Below are positions 51,247-64,000 of a DNA stretch of 64,000 nucleotides, piece by piece. The stretch spans positions 46,688,001 through 46,752,000 of the forward strand of contig NW_024704743.1 in assembly GCF_018977255.1 (NCBI RefSeq), read 5' to 3'. This DNA is from Callorhinchus milii. Taxonomy: Eukaryota. The number at the start of each line of letters is the position of its first letter. Within the stretch, counting starts at the first letter, position 1. The notes under the pieces were generated by a model that saw only the letters and a program-made list of their open reading frames with translations, was not told the origin of the DNA and did not search any database. The position numbers were made by a program, and so were the translations under genes.

Positions 51247-52474
51247 GTCCATTTTGGGGGACATGGACTTAGGAGGTTTGGCCATCTGATGTGATGAATA
51301 TCAGAATATCACATAGACCAAAACATTGACCACCTTCTCCATCTTTTTACGCTACTTGATATCCTGTGTTGTGGTTCTTATAATAATCCTTACATTTAGT
51401 ATAGCGATTTTCATGTCAGGAGGACATCTCAAAGCACTTCACAGGATATACTGTATAGTATAGTGACTGTATTTTGTAGCTCGTCACCTATGTTTTTCAA
51501 TGAAATGAAGTGCAAAACTTTGTCTATTAAACATGTGCTACTCTGTTACAGCGGTTATTGTACTTATGTAAATTCAGGGTTTTCTCAGAGCTGAATACTT
51601 TTACAGCACCTGTACCTGTTGCTGAGAAAGTGTCAGCCAGAGCATGTTGTATCATTTCTACACTATCCCTTCTAAACACTACACTTGTCTGTCAGAGGTA
51701 CTGCTTCCCTATTTTAACACAGAGATCTATTGCATTCATACGGCAAAGTTGCCTCAGCAGCTTTGTGGGTGACCTGCTCCATAACTCCCAACATTGATAA
51801 TAATGTAAGAGCATTAAAATAGTGCACATCAAAAGAAATAAAGGTTTAAGACTCCTCTCTTTCACCATGTACAGTACTGGATGATGGCATCTTTTGTGAA
51901 CTGGATCACATTCTGCTGCTATACCACAATTGCATTTAAAACTCAATACATGAGGCAATTAAGCAAATAGGGCTGAGTTACTTAAGTGGATTCAGTTGAG
52001 ACCATCCATTCAAACCAGAGTGTAGCTAGAGATAAATTCAATTGCAAATTACTCTAAGGACCTTGTTGGCAAGAAAGCTGAATCCATTAGGTTTGCCTGT
52101 CATTTCTCCACTGCTTCAGTCACTCAAATTTCTTATTTAAGTATACCTAAACACTGATGGATGTTGAATATCTTTTTAATGTAATGCTTAAGCCAAGGAT
52201 TAAGCTTACACAAGGCAGCTGCATCATCTTGATTGATTAACTGACCATGTGATGGAAATGTAATGGTACTTTGCATTATTAAACAACCAATGTTGTCTAC
52301 GTTCCAAGGGAACAAAAGTTGCCAAAATTGCATCGACATTGTTGCAAATGGTATCATTAACATAAAGCCCTAATATTCAAAATTGGATCTTAAATCAAAA
52401 TGACCAGCAGTTCCACAAAATTCAACTTAATTTGGAAAACCAAAAGGAAAGGAGGGAAACTGGGTACATTTCAG

Positions 52475-52885
52475 AATAATAATCCTTACACTTGTTATGG
52501 CACCTTTCACATTAGTCAGACTTCTCAAAAGCACTTCATAGGATATATTGTAAAGGGCAGCGTTTGTGTATTTTGGGGGTAAACCCGGCAGCCAATTTGC
52601 ACACAGCAATGTCTGACGAATAGCCATGAAATGAATGGCCAATTTTATTTTCCAGAATTGTTGGACAGGACAGCGGGAGAAATTCCTTTCGCTTCTCAAA
52701 TAGTGCCATGGGATATTTTACATCAGTTTAACATCTCTTCTGGAGGACGGCACCTTCAACAACACAGCGAAAGCTCAGCACTGCATTGGAGTATCATCTT
52801 AGACTATGTGAATTCCAAATCCCGACATGGGGCTTCAATTTACAACCTTCTGAGTCAGAGAAAGAAGTGCTGCCAACTGAGTCAG
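52475..52885 (-). mobile_element. Deu-domain SINE, older full-length type
   Basis: Minus-strand head gactcagttggcagcacttctttctctgactcagaaggttg, Deu core and tail. Confidence 0.8.
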
Positions 52886-53712
52886 ATGACACACATGACA
52901 TACATTTAGTTACAATTACACATACATACAGAAGTTACGAACATTGTGGGTGATATAAAGAATCCTGTAATTCTGAAAATAGTTATAAAAATGGTTCAAA
53001 TCCTATTGAGAGATCTTCAAGGCTATGAAGCTTTACTAGTAAACAGTAATAGATTATTTCCACAGGTCGCAGGTAGAGAGGCACAAAATTAGGATAATCC
53101 CAAACAGAATTAAAAGGGAGGTTAGAAAACATTGCACCAGAGGAGAGCTGGAATTATGGGAGTCAGGCTCCGCCATTGTTAAACTCTCTGAGACTCTACC
53201 ATGCATGGAGGTGCTATGGAAGTGTAAGTTGTTGTTGTTGTTCTCTGACACAACCGATGTTGATGCTCTTTTAATAGCTGTGAACAAAGCTGATGGGAAA
53301 CTAGATTTTCTAAATAGGGACATGAAATTTAAAATTGCACAGATGATTCTTAACCTATAGAAATTGTTAGTTAGACGTCAGTTAGACTACAGTGTCCAAC
53401 TGTGGTCACCCAACTTTAGAAAGACCATGGAGAGGATGAGGAGGACATTTACTAGGATGCTACCAGGGATGAATGGTTTGCCCTTTGAGAAGTGGCTTTA
53501 TTAACTGAGCCTAGTTTCCTTACAACAAAGAATTAATTGAATTGAAAAATGACAAATAATAAAGTGCATGGTGAGCAAGCAGGAGAGTGGGATTAAATAG
53601 ACTAGGTGTCTCATGTGTAGAAAATCACCAGTGCAGACTTGTGGGCTGAATGGCCGGTTGTGGTGCTGTAACATTCTATGATTGTATGAACTGATTTCCT
53701 AGTCTGTTGTCA

Positions 53713-54030
53713 TAACAATAACAGCAACTTGTATTTATAAAGTGCGTTTCACGCAGGATAGCATCTCGGAGTGCTTAACAGTAGCAGAGTTTGATGTTGA
53801 GTAGGTCGGGGTATGACTGTAGGCACGGTCGAAAAAGAAGGTTTTCAGGTGTGATCTGAAGACAACTATGGAGTGGGCAAGGGGGAGGGATTGAGGCAGA
53901 GAATTCCACAGTCTCGAGGCATAGTGGCTGAAAGGAAGGCCGGCAATGAACGAGCAGAGGGGAAGGGAATGTGGAGAAGGTTAGAGTCAGCTGAGTGAAG
54001 GGAGCGGGTAGAGGAAGGAGTGTAAGCAAA
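53713..54030 (-). mobile_element. L2 LINE 3' end
   Basis: ctgtggaattctctgcctc...cttcagatcacacctgaaaacc followed by tail. Same family as 5212-5550. Confidence 0.75.
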
Positions 54031-56775
54031 GTGTCAGTATTTCAGTCTGTGTCAAGCAGTGATGGCAGGTTATTTTCCAGACAGGCTTTATAAATTTCAG
54101 CTAAATGTGTCATTCCAGAGACATTGAGAAGATCCAGAAAATAGCCTGAATGATTGATAGGCAGATGATATCAATAGGCAGCACTCAATGCCACATGCTT
54201 CACATTGTGTTACCATGTAATACAGTCAAGACCTGTGAAACACACAGCTTCTTTGCCAGGAAATGTTATGCTTGAGTTATATTATCCCTGCTGCAGAATT
54301 CCGATAAACTCTAGCCAGTTTTCTTACCCGTTATGCCACAGCCATTTTTGTCATCTGTCTAGCTTCAGTTGGATGAAAACAAAAGAAAACACTTGACAAA
54401 GACATTTACCTTTGGACACAAGTCAAACATCAGAGACGGGAATTGGACAGGAGCCATTGCTTCGTTAATAAGTAGAGAAGAGTGTCACACAGCGTTACAC
54501 TAAAAAAGTAAAGGTAGATAAACCACTTCCCTTGAATCGCTTTCACCTTCTGTTCAGCAGGTAACGGTGATACCCCTTGATGTTCATCCATATTAAAATG
54601 AGGTAAAACTTGCAGCATATATTAAAACATTCCTTAACTTATATAAGAAACAACAGCAAATGGTGACCCCCCAACCCACAGATTCCTCTCAGGATCCAAG
54701 TGCCACCATTTTCACCCACAAAATATATAGTCAATTCACGTTACAGAATATTCTGTGAAGCACTTTAGGAAGACATGATATATCAAATGCAAGGATTATT
54801 ATTATTATTATTTTATGACCGTGAGGCAAGTAATTTTATTTTGCAATTGTTATGCGTTATCAACTCTGGATTGTACTATTAATTTTGTTTACCTGGGGGA
54901 TAACTGCTGAGGAGGGCTGAAATTTATGTTTTCCAAAGACAAAAAAAATCAGAATTTAAGGTGACACTAGGGGTGCACTGCATTGTTAGAGGTATGAGAC
55001 ATTTAACCAAGGTCTCGCCTTCCTCTTAAGGCAGATGTTAAATATCTTATTTAAAATAAATAAAAATACCACAGTCAATCCACTTTACAGTATATTCTGT
55101 GAAGCGCTTTGAGACTTCTCAACCATGTGATAAGGCACTATCAAAATGCAAGGAATATTATTATCATTACTATTATTATTATTGTTATTATTATGGTGCT
55201 ATTCAAAAAGAGAAGGGAGTTTCTCCCGGTGTCCGGGCCAACACTCCCCCAAATCAACTTGGTCATTCACTTCATGACTGTTTGTGGGGCATTGCTGTAT
55301 AAAAATTGCCTGCCCCATTCATCTACAAAATACAGTCACTACACTTCACAGTAAAATCATAAAGGCATGATAAGGCGCAATATCAAATGCAAGGATTATT
55401 ATTAACAATAATAAAAGTAACTTCAACAATCAGGCTGAGGCTTCGGGCCGAGCCCATCCATTCACTAATTAATTTTGGCTTTGGAGAGTTCAAATTTCAT
55501 CCCTCCCCAATAGAAATGGGAATGCAAAAGTGAACTATAAACGTTTGAGCTTAACGTAGGGCCTAAAATTTACAAAATAAAATCGCTTTATAATAAGGTT
55601 CACAAAATGGCAGCACCAATATCTTACAAGGAGCAAACCATTTACAGAATTGGAACATCACCTGCTGATGTTCCTTAAAATATTTAAGGAACACTTTAAG
55701 GAATATTACAAATCTTGCCCAATGTGTCTGCAACCATAAGTCATGCATGGCCTGTGTTGAGGCAGACTCCCTTTGACTAGCAGAGCAACAGTACCTCAAT
55801 CTATTGCTGTCAGCTTATTTCACAGCAGGTTCCAGAGATCAAGAATCTGCACCTAATTATATTTCAGTGGAATCTATGAGCTGGGCAGAGGGGGTGTCGG
55901 TGTGGGAGTGCTTGTATGCCTTTTACAATAGGATTGCCTCCTATACCAATAATAATCCTTACATTTGATATTGTGCTTAATCGCATGTCAAATTGTCTCA
56001 AAGCACTTCACAGGATTTACTGTGAAGTTGTGACTGTGCATTTTGTGAGTTAATGCGGCAGCAATGTATCTCAAACAGCATTAAAGTGAATGATTGATTT
56101 TATTATTGGCCAGGCCTGTAGTCCACACCAATCACTGGGGACAGAGAATCATCCCACTCAGCTCTGGTTAACCCTTCAAGCCTAACGGCGGTCCTAACTG
56201 GATAAACAGCAGGAAATCTGCCTGACAGTGATATCAATGGCAAGCTATGTGTTTTTAGCTGGTTAGAGTAGTACCCCAACACACACGCTGGGGACCCGAG
56301 CCTTGGCTCTGCCGACCTGCACCTAATACTTTCCGGAATTAGGTAAACAGGATGTGAAGCTCCAGGGAGAGAGAGCACATTCCGTTCCAACAATCTATCT
56401 CTGAGATTTCCATGTATAGGTGGGATGCATGGAAATCTCAGCTTGGTTTGGATACTCCTAAGCATGGTGACGGGTTTCTGCAAGTGTCAGACACCCGTCA
56501 GACCAAAAAATAAATAAATAAAAATTGGCAATGCCTGTAACACCTTTTCTGATCGTCCCACAGTTGCACTCCTATCTAAGAGACTACTTTGCCCCACCTT
56601 TTCCTGGGTGGCCAGCTGTGTGGGGTTGGCCAAGGAAATCTGAAGTTTAAAATATAATTTTGTAAAAGTATCCGTCTGTAGTATAATACATGCTGCATGG
56701 TTGTATTCGCACACACACCACCATAGTGATTTACTTTAGTCTTCTTCTGCCATAGTCATTGTGCAAAGATCAATT

Positions 56776-57159
56776 TGGAGTCCTGTAGCTCAGTGGTTAC
56801 AGCATTCGCCTCACAAGCGAGAGACCTGGTTCGATTCCCGGCAGGGCGAATGATGGGCAAGTTTCCTTACTCCACATGCCTCTGTTTACCTAGCAGTAAG
56901 TAGGAACCCGGTTGTCAGTCAATTAGCGGATCGCTTTTCCAATGGTAATAATTCCTTTAAAAAATAAATAATAACAATAATAAATTGGTCGATTAATCCA
57001 TAGCTGTTTGTGAGCCACTGCTGTGCACAATTGGCTGCCACGTTTCATCCACAAAATATACAGTCAATTCACTTTACAGTATATTCTGTGAAGCGTTTTG
57101 AGACATCTTGAAGACGCGATAAGGCGCTATATCAAATGCAAGAATTATTATTATTATTA
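56776..57159 (+). mobile_element. Full-length tRNA-headed SINE, long subfamily
   Basis: ggagtcctgtagctcagtgg...ggttcgattcccggcagggcg head, internal segment, core and (TTA)n tail. Confidence 0.92.
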
Positions 57160-58329
57160 GTGTAAGAGTAAAGTCGAGTAGCATAGGAAAAATCATAGCT
57201 TAGTGATTTTAACCATCATAGCATGGTTACAGGTGGGCAAGAACGGGATGGCAGTTATGTGTTTTTTTTTCTTCTACCAAAAACTATCCATAGAATGAAA
57301 AGGAACCAGTGTGTGCATTAGTGTCAGATTTAAATTGGATTAAAATCTGATATCCGTCTACTTTCTTTCCTGCTGATCACAATGAGACACTCCCAAATGC
57401 ATTTCCCTCAGTATCCTTAAAGCCATTGGAAAGAGGGGAGAATGTTATCTATTTAATCCAGCTTTACTTTGAACCTGGGCTTTAAGGTCGAATAAATTAT
57501 ATAAATGAGTTTTAAAAAGATGCAGATTCATTTCTGAAGAGAGGGTAGGAGAATTCTATGAGGCAGGGGGTGTTCAATATCAACCAAAGGCAGATTTTAA
57601 GCTCAATGGCCTTTTAAAGTCTTTACAATGCCATATGTGTAAAGGCAACGTTACTGCTGACAAAGCCACCTGCCCTCACTTCCACATCTGGATTGTTTGC
57701 CAATGATGATGTTCTCTGTGCAACATCTGTTGTTGTGTTACACGAGAAGGTCAAGGACAACAACAACAGTTATGAGGTTTAGCACATTACATGGTAGGAC
57801 ATTCCAGTGATATAGGAATACCTTTGCTGCTGTAATGCGGGCAGATTAACAGTCACAATATATTATTACAGCAAACATATTGCAACAGAAAATGTCACCA
57901 TAAATCAACATCTAAAGGACCAATGAGGCATGCCCATTGGTATTCTTATACAGAATTTTCAAAATGATTATAATACTTCAAATGCTTTATGTGGATTCAA
58001 GCTTTTTAACTGTTCAAGGCTTGATGCTTGATGTTGTAGAAATGTCTATTTAAAATATAAAGATTTGGAATCATGGGAAACGTAAAATATTAATGTTTTA
58101 GCTAAGGGAGAGAAAACATTGGAAAAGGTTGTGATAGATACCACACCCTACATTCTTCCAATGTGTCAGCTGGCAAAGACAGCACTCGTTGTGGAGCTGA
58201 GCCATGCACATAAGGAAAAACACAAATTCAATCTCTGCTGGAAGATGAGTTAGGTGGGTGAGTGCTACAAATGGCCTCAGAAACAAAGTTCCACTGGTTT
58301 GTCATTCAGTGTCTTTTGTTAAAACATCC

Positions 58330-58680
58330 ATGCGTATAGGCCGCACTGAGGACTTCAATGCAGTGCTTGAGGGAGTTGCTTCTTTCGGTTGAGACATTAA
58401 ACTGAGATGCCTTCTATCTGTCCAGGTGGACATTAAAGATCTCATGGTACCACTTGAACAGAGAAGGTAGTTTCTCTTGGTGACCTGCCAAATAATCCCC
58501 TAATACGATTGATCATTCACTTCATGGCCTCTTTGTGGGATATTGTTGCGTGCATCTTAGCTGCTTCATTTGCCCTTAAAACACAGTCACCGGACTTTAC
58601 AGTATATCCTGTGAAGCATTTTGAGATGTTTCAACAACGTGATAAGGCACTATCAAATATCAAATGCAGAGATTATTGCA
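58330..58680 (+). mobile_element. Deu-domain SINE, older type
   Basis: gagacattaaactgag...caggtggacattaaagatctcatgg core plus tail. Confidence 0.75.
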
Positions 58681-60039
58681 ATTATTAATATTGGGTTTGG
58701 CTGTGATCCTTTACTTCCACATGGTTAAATAGCCTCTATCCTTCACTATTTAAGATTATCCTTGAAGAATAGCCCTGAATAAGGTACTAAAGTGCAGCTG
58801 GTGCCTGCCGAATTGTACCTCAGAATGAGTCAGTACCTTCTGGAGAGGAGAAAATTGAAAATGTATACACATTGCTGTCAGGTTGACTGATATTGGGAGA
58901 TCTCCATTGAGCTTGTTGATGGCAACATGGACAAGATTGAAAGTCAAGAGGGAAATTATCTAACGGGAAAAGTTATTGGATCAAAATAATGTCTTCCAAT
59001 ATCAGTGACTGAGAAAGCGAAAATCTTCTCTGTTTGAAAAATGAAGAAATAACTTTCTCACATTGCTAGAGTCCTCTCTATGTGGGATACACAGCCAGAT
59101 AGCTTATACCAAAGGTTACTTCTGCCATTCAGTCTATTACTCAGTCCAGAGATCTGACCAATATACGGAGAGAAGGAAGTGGAGTCTCGGTAGAAATCAG
59201 TACAAGTGTTGCTTGTGCTAACAACGCCATTTAAAGAATGTCACTCATTTAAGCACTAGTATTAAGTTATTAAATGAGGGAAACGAAAAGAGTAAGTGCT
59301 CATTCAGGTATAGTGCCAAGCCAATATGAGAAACTGGAAAGGCTTAAATTATTATAATTACAAGGGTGAATACAAGATTGAAAGTTAACACGACCAGAAA
59401 AACAATATAATAAAAACTATGCTGGAAATTATTTCATTTTGTGGGTGAAGTGCAGCAGGCCAATTGCTCTTGATTTTTTGCTGTGCACTATAAAATTGCA
59501 AGAACACTATCATAGCTGTACAAAGCAAAGTGCATCTTAAAATGTTGTTAGCAAAGCAAGGGTAAAACTCCTCAGGACCATCTATCCATTCACTATAAAC
59601 ATCTGTCAGAAACTCTGAACTAACTCGAAGGTTGATCATTGTCACCTTGACTGATGTTGGGAGACCCCAATTCAGTTAATTAATGGCAATATTGGACAAG
59701 ATATAAAGTCAAGAGAGAGATTAACTTTCTATAGATCAGGTTGTTAAAAAGTATGATTTCTTTGTAAGAGCCCTGTATTAATACAGTGTAAGTAAAAAGA
59801 ATTGCAATTTTTTTGGACAGCCGGATGTCTGAAACATGCGGAAACTCATCACCATGCCTCGATATGTAATTTCCAGAGATATTTATTCGAAGGTAATGTG
59901 CCCTCTCCCTATGAAGGGATGCACCCTAAGTTTATGTAATGCTTTGCTAAATAATTGTTAAATCATGCAAAATATATACATCTTAAAAAAGCACCATAGA
60001 AAATGTAAATGTTGGCTTTATCGTGGATTACAACATGCC

Positions 60040-60455
60040 TGAGTGGTAGCAATCACACCTCGGAGTCAGAAGGTTGTGTATTTGGAATCACATAGTCTAA
60101 CTCCCACGCAGTGCTGGGGTTGGTGGGGTGTTTCATTGGTCGGAGGTGCCATCTTTCAGATGAGACATTAAACCAAGATCCCGTCTGCCTATTCAGGTGT
60201 ATGTTAAAGATCCCATGGCACTATTTAAGAAGGGAAGAGAGTTTTTCCCTATGTCCTGGCCAACAATCCCCCAAATTAAAAATAAATGGTTAATCATTTC
60301 ATGACTGTTTATAAGATGTCGCTCTGAGCAAGTAGGCTGCCACATTTGCCCTCAAGATACACAGTCAAACCACTTTACATTATATCCTGTGAAGCGCTTT
60401 GAGATGTTTTGATGATATGTTTGGTGTTATATCAAATGTAAGAATTATCATTACT
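60040..60455 (+). mobile_element. Deu-domain SINE, older full-length type
   Basis: gagtcagaaggttgtg head; gaggtgccatctttcagatgagacattaaacc...gttaaagatcccatggcactattt Deu core; tail. Confidence 0.8.
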
Positions 60456-61990
60456 ATAGATTAAATTTAAGAATAACAGGTCAAAATGTATTTTACATCA
60501 ACTTGGAATTAATATTACCATTTCAGTTCACAGTAATGTACAGATATAAAATGAGACAAGGTGGACCAAAGCCTGGAAATAACCTGTAACTTAAACTTGG
60601 CTAAGAAAGCATTTGACTCTTGTACATAAAATATAGAAATGTTTGTGCTTTTAATAATGTAATTCTTTAAACAAGCCAATAATTTGGTTAGTATATTTGA
60701 AAATGCAACAATATGAAGTGCAGTATATTTGTCCCAAAATGTATTTCTTGCCTTTTACATTGACTTGTATGTTGGTTTGTTTATGGTGAAGCATTTTCTG
60801 AGCTACTATTGCTTGCTTGTAGCAACGCTTCCTCTAGTGGTAGGATCTTTTCAGTGTTACATAATTTCCTCCGCCAAGCATCTTCCCAAAGTACAATATT
60901 GCGCATTGATTTATCGTTATCTAGAATATGCAAACACTTTGGGATATCCTCCCAATGGGAAATGTGGTGTATAAATGTAACTTTGTATATTGTCAGAAAA
61001 CACCGATTTAAAAATACATAAACAATGAGTAGCCCAGAAAAATCCCGCCACCACACTAACACTGGAATTAAATAGTCATTCAATCCTAGAGTTTCAAATT
61101 TGAGCAGCATATCTCGTAAACAAATACAGTACAAATATGTGACCCAAATATGCCTTTTATTTAAAGACTTTCAGAAGAGAAAACAATTTCTCATCTAATC
61201 CAAACTTTATATGTTCCCCATTAATTTTTAATTTGCCACACACTAAATAGTCAATCTACCACCTCATGACACAAAGGAAAAAATACACTTTTAGAAAAGA
61301 TTTTCACGTAAAATATATTATTGTTTTTAGGCAACTTGTTTAAAAAGTTACTGTATTAATATTTGTGGTTTTCTTCCCTTTCTTTTAGAATCCAACTGCG
61401 AAAATAACCTCATATCATTATTGTTTGCCACCAATAAATATTCTAATTTACATGTTGTGTGTCTGTATGTGTGTATGTCATACACACAGACAAATAACAT
61501 CTCCCTTTGAATGACAATTTTCTGATCTGGGAATTGCACAAAGAGTTTAATTGTGCATAGAAAACTTCCTTATCTTTTTAAGTTCTTCCGGTCTGAAGGG
61601 AACAGCTGATGAAGATTCCAGTCAGTAGTTGAAGTGTCCTGGAAATATTTTTACACTGCATCAAAGACAGGAATAAAGTCTCAACCTAATTCATCATGAG
61701 CGATCTATGCCACATGAAATTCTTTGTAGACAAACTCTGTGTGAAGATATTAAACATTAAACATTAAAGGATTATACTGTCAGAATAACATTATTATCAA
61801 CATTGAAGGTCAAAGTGTTTAACATCTGCATCTAAGATTGATTAAACACTCGAAACACATGCTGGTTTGTGTAGCATGAATATATATATTCATGTAGGAA
61901 GGTCTTATTTGGCACAAGGAGTAGTCATGGCAAATGAATGTGGCTTCACTGTGTTTCATAGCATGTTCCAGTTTAATACCTTTCACAAGA

Positions 61991-63215
61991 ATCAGTGCTT
62001 GGGCCTCAATTATTTACTATCTACATTAATGATCTAGATGAGGACATCAAACTTAATATATCCAAATTCGCGGATGACACTAAACCAGGAGGGAGAGTAA
62101 ACACCAAGGATGACATTAAAAAATGCAACGAGATATAGATAGGCTAGGTGAGTGGGCAAATAGGTGGCAGATGAAGTATAATGTAGTGAAATGTGGTTAT
62201 CCACCTAGGTGGCAAAAACAGTAGAGCAGATTATTTTTTTAGAAGGGGAGAAATTAGATTGTGTTAGCGTTCAGAGGGACTTGGGTGTCCTTGTACACCA
62301 GTCACAAAAAGTTAGTTTGCAGATACAGCAAGTAGTTAGGAAAGCTAACGGTATGTTAGCGTTTGTTACAAAAGGGTTAGAATATAAGAGTACGGAAGTC
62401 TCTTCCGTATGGAAGAAAGTGGAGTCCTGTAGCTCAGTGGTTAGAGCACTCGCTTTGCAAGCGAGAGACCCGAGTTCAATTCCAGGCAGGGCGAAACCTT
62501 GGGCAAGTTTCCTTACTCCACACGCCTATTAATAATCCCTCCAAAACCAAAAACAATAATAAATTGGTCATTTTCAATCCACGACTGTTTGTGGGACATT
62601 GCTGTGCGCAATTGGCTGCCGCGTTCGCCCACAAATATACAGTCAATTCACTTTACAGTATATTCTGTGAAGCGCTTTGGGACGTTCTCCCGACGTGAAA
62701 AGCGCTATATCAAATGCAAGGATTATTATTATTANGGGGTACAATGTAGATTCACTAAATTGGTACCAGGGATAAGGGGAATGAGTTATGAGGATAGGTT
62801 GAGCAATTTAGGCCTATATTCTTTAGAATATAGAAGAATGAGAGGTGATCTTATAGAAACGACAGAATAGATAGTGGAAGACCTTTTCCCCTGTTTGGAG
62901 AAACTATAACCAGGGGTCACAGTCTTAAAATTAGGGGTAAGCCCTTTCGCACTGAGTTGAGAAAAACATCTTCCCTCAGAGGCGAGTGAATTTATGGATT
63001 TCTCTACCCCAAAGGGCTGTAGATGGTCAGTCCTTGAACATATTCAAGACTGAGATTGATAGATTTCTTGTAGATAAAGGGATTAAGGGATATGGGGATA
63101 AGGCGGGTAGGTGGAGTTAGAATAGATCAGCCATGATCTTATTGAATGGCGGGGCAGGCTAGAGGGGCCGAATGGCCTACTCCTGCTCTTAATTCGTATG
63201 TTCGTATGCTCTATG
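61991..63215 (+). mobile_element. 5'-truncated CR1 LINE interrupted by a SINE
   Basis: SVLGPQLFTIYINDLD, FADDTK and QRDLGVLV. Tail ggggccgaatggcctactcctgctc...ttcgtatgttcgtatg. Confidence 0.92.
62419..62734 (+). mobile_element. Full-length young tRNA-headed SINE, short subfamily, nested in CR1
   Basis: Intact tRNA-like head and (TTA)n tail ending at the single N (62735). Confidence 0.92.
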
Positions 63216-63823
63216 TATCTTACATATATGCATGTTTCTCGCATTACATATATGGATCAGCTTCTTGTGCAATACAAGTGCGCCAGTGCGTACAAATGAA
63301 TAGTTGAATAACAACAATAACAATTAATAAATTAATAAAATTAATAAGGCACTATATCAAATGCAAGGAATATTATTATTATATATCTTTCACATTGGAA
63401 GGATGTCTTAAAGTTCTTCAATGTGGCAAACTAGTTTATTTCTATTTCCTGCTTAGTATGACATTTTAAGGAATAATTTGTATATATCACCATATCATAT
63501 TGAAATGCTTCAAAGTGTTTTACAAATACTGCTAAGTTTCTTACACCAGAAAGATATCACAACATCCTTGAGATGAATTGACTTGAAGGATTGTTGGCCA
63601 TGACATACAGAAAATTCCTTCTCTTCCTATGTGTCAAAAAATCTTTAATATTCTCCTGAAAACAGACAAGACCTCCATTTAACATCTCATTCAAAATATG
63701 TACCACTACAGCGCATCAAGGGACATTCTCATTTGTACATACCAGGAGAAAACCTACAAACAGCATAATCTTTTATTCAATATCAAAATTATCCACTTTT
63801 ATGGTTCCTTGCATGACTCCCTT

Positions 63824-63990
63824 AATAATAATAATAATAATCCTTGCACTTGATACAGCGCCTTATCACGTTTTCTAGATGTCTCAAAGCACTTCACAGA
63901 TTATATTGTCAAGTGAATTGATTGTATATTTTGTGGGCAAAACGTGGCAGCCAATTGTGCACAGCAGTGTCTCATGAACAGTGATAGATT
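63824..63990 (-). mobile_element. SINE 3' fragment
   Basis: (AAT)n ccttgcacttgatacagcgcc...ggcagccaattgtgcacagc. Confidence 0.8.
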
Positions 63991-64000
63991 AAGCTACCAC

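Noticed and set aside
56776..56850. tRNA genes (also at 1448, 36570-36645 and 62419)
   Set aside because: Each continues into a SINE body and (TTA)n tail, so they are SINE heads
60826..60840. Second CTCF-like motif (CCACTAGAGGAAGC, minus)
   Set aside because: Mismatches in the GGCGC half make it too weak to call
62735..62735. Firm call of a target-site deletion at the SINE insertion
   Set aside because: The missing ~96 bp coincides with an N and may be an assembly gap

Overview
This is AT-rich, repeat-dense vertebrate genomic DNA, most likely from a cartilaginous fish (inferred from the protein and the LINE/SINE families). It is not prokaryotic. The only gene I can support is COLQ, the collagenic tail of asymmetric acetylcholinesterase, on the + strand. 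I reconstructed 16 coding exons (equivalent to exons 2-17; 5905-42126), all with AG/GT boundaries. They join into one open frame of 1247 nt: PRAD, Gly-X-Y collagen with two heparin-binding motifs, and the Cys-rich C-terminus ending CRYFT*. The signal-peptide exon was not found and probably lies upstream. The rest is retroelements: CR1 LINEs (one near full length with an open ORF1), L2 3' fragments, many tRNA-headed Deu-domain SINEs and probable AmnSINE2-like copies. The most notable observations are a palindromic Penelope-like element with a hammerhead-ribozyme remnant, a LINE/SINE 3' stem-loop with a visible compensatory change, fold-back filler DNA at a SINE/CR1 junction, a 75-bp AT-rich palindrome beside a strong CTCF motif, and apparent loss of the ColQ pre-collagen cysteine. 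I found no convincing wholly new biological system.
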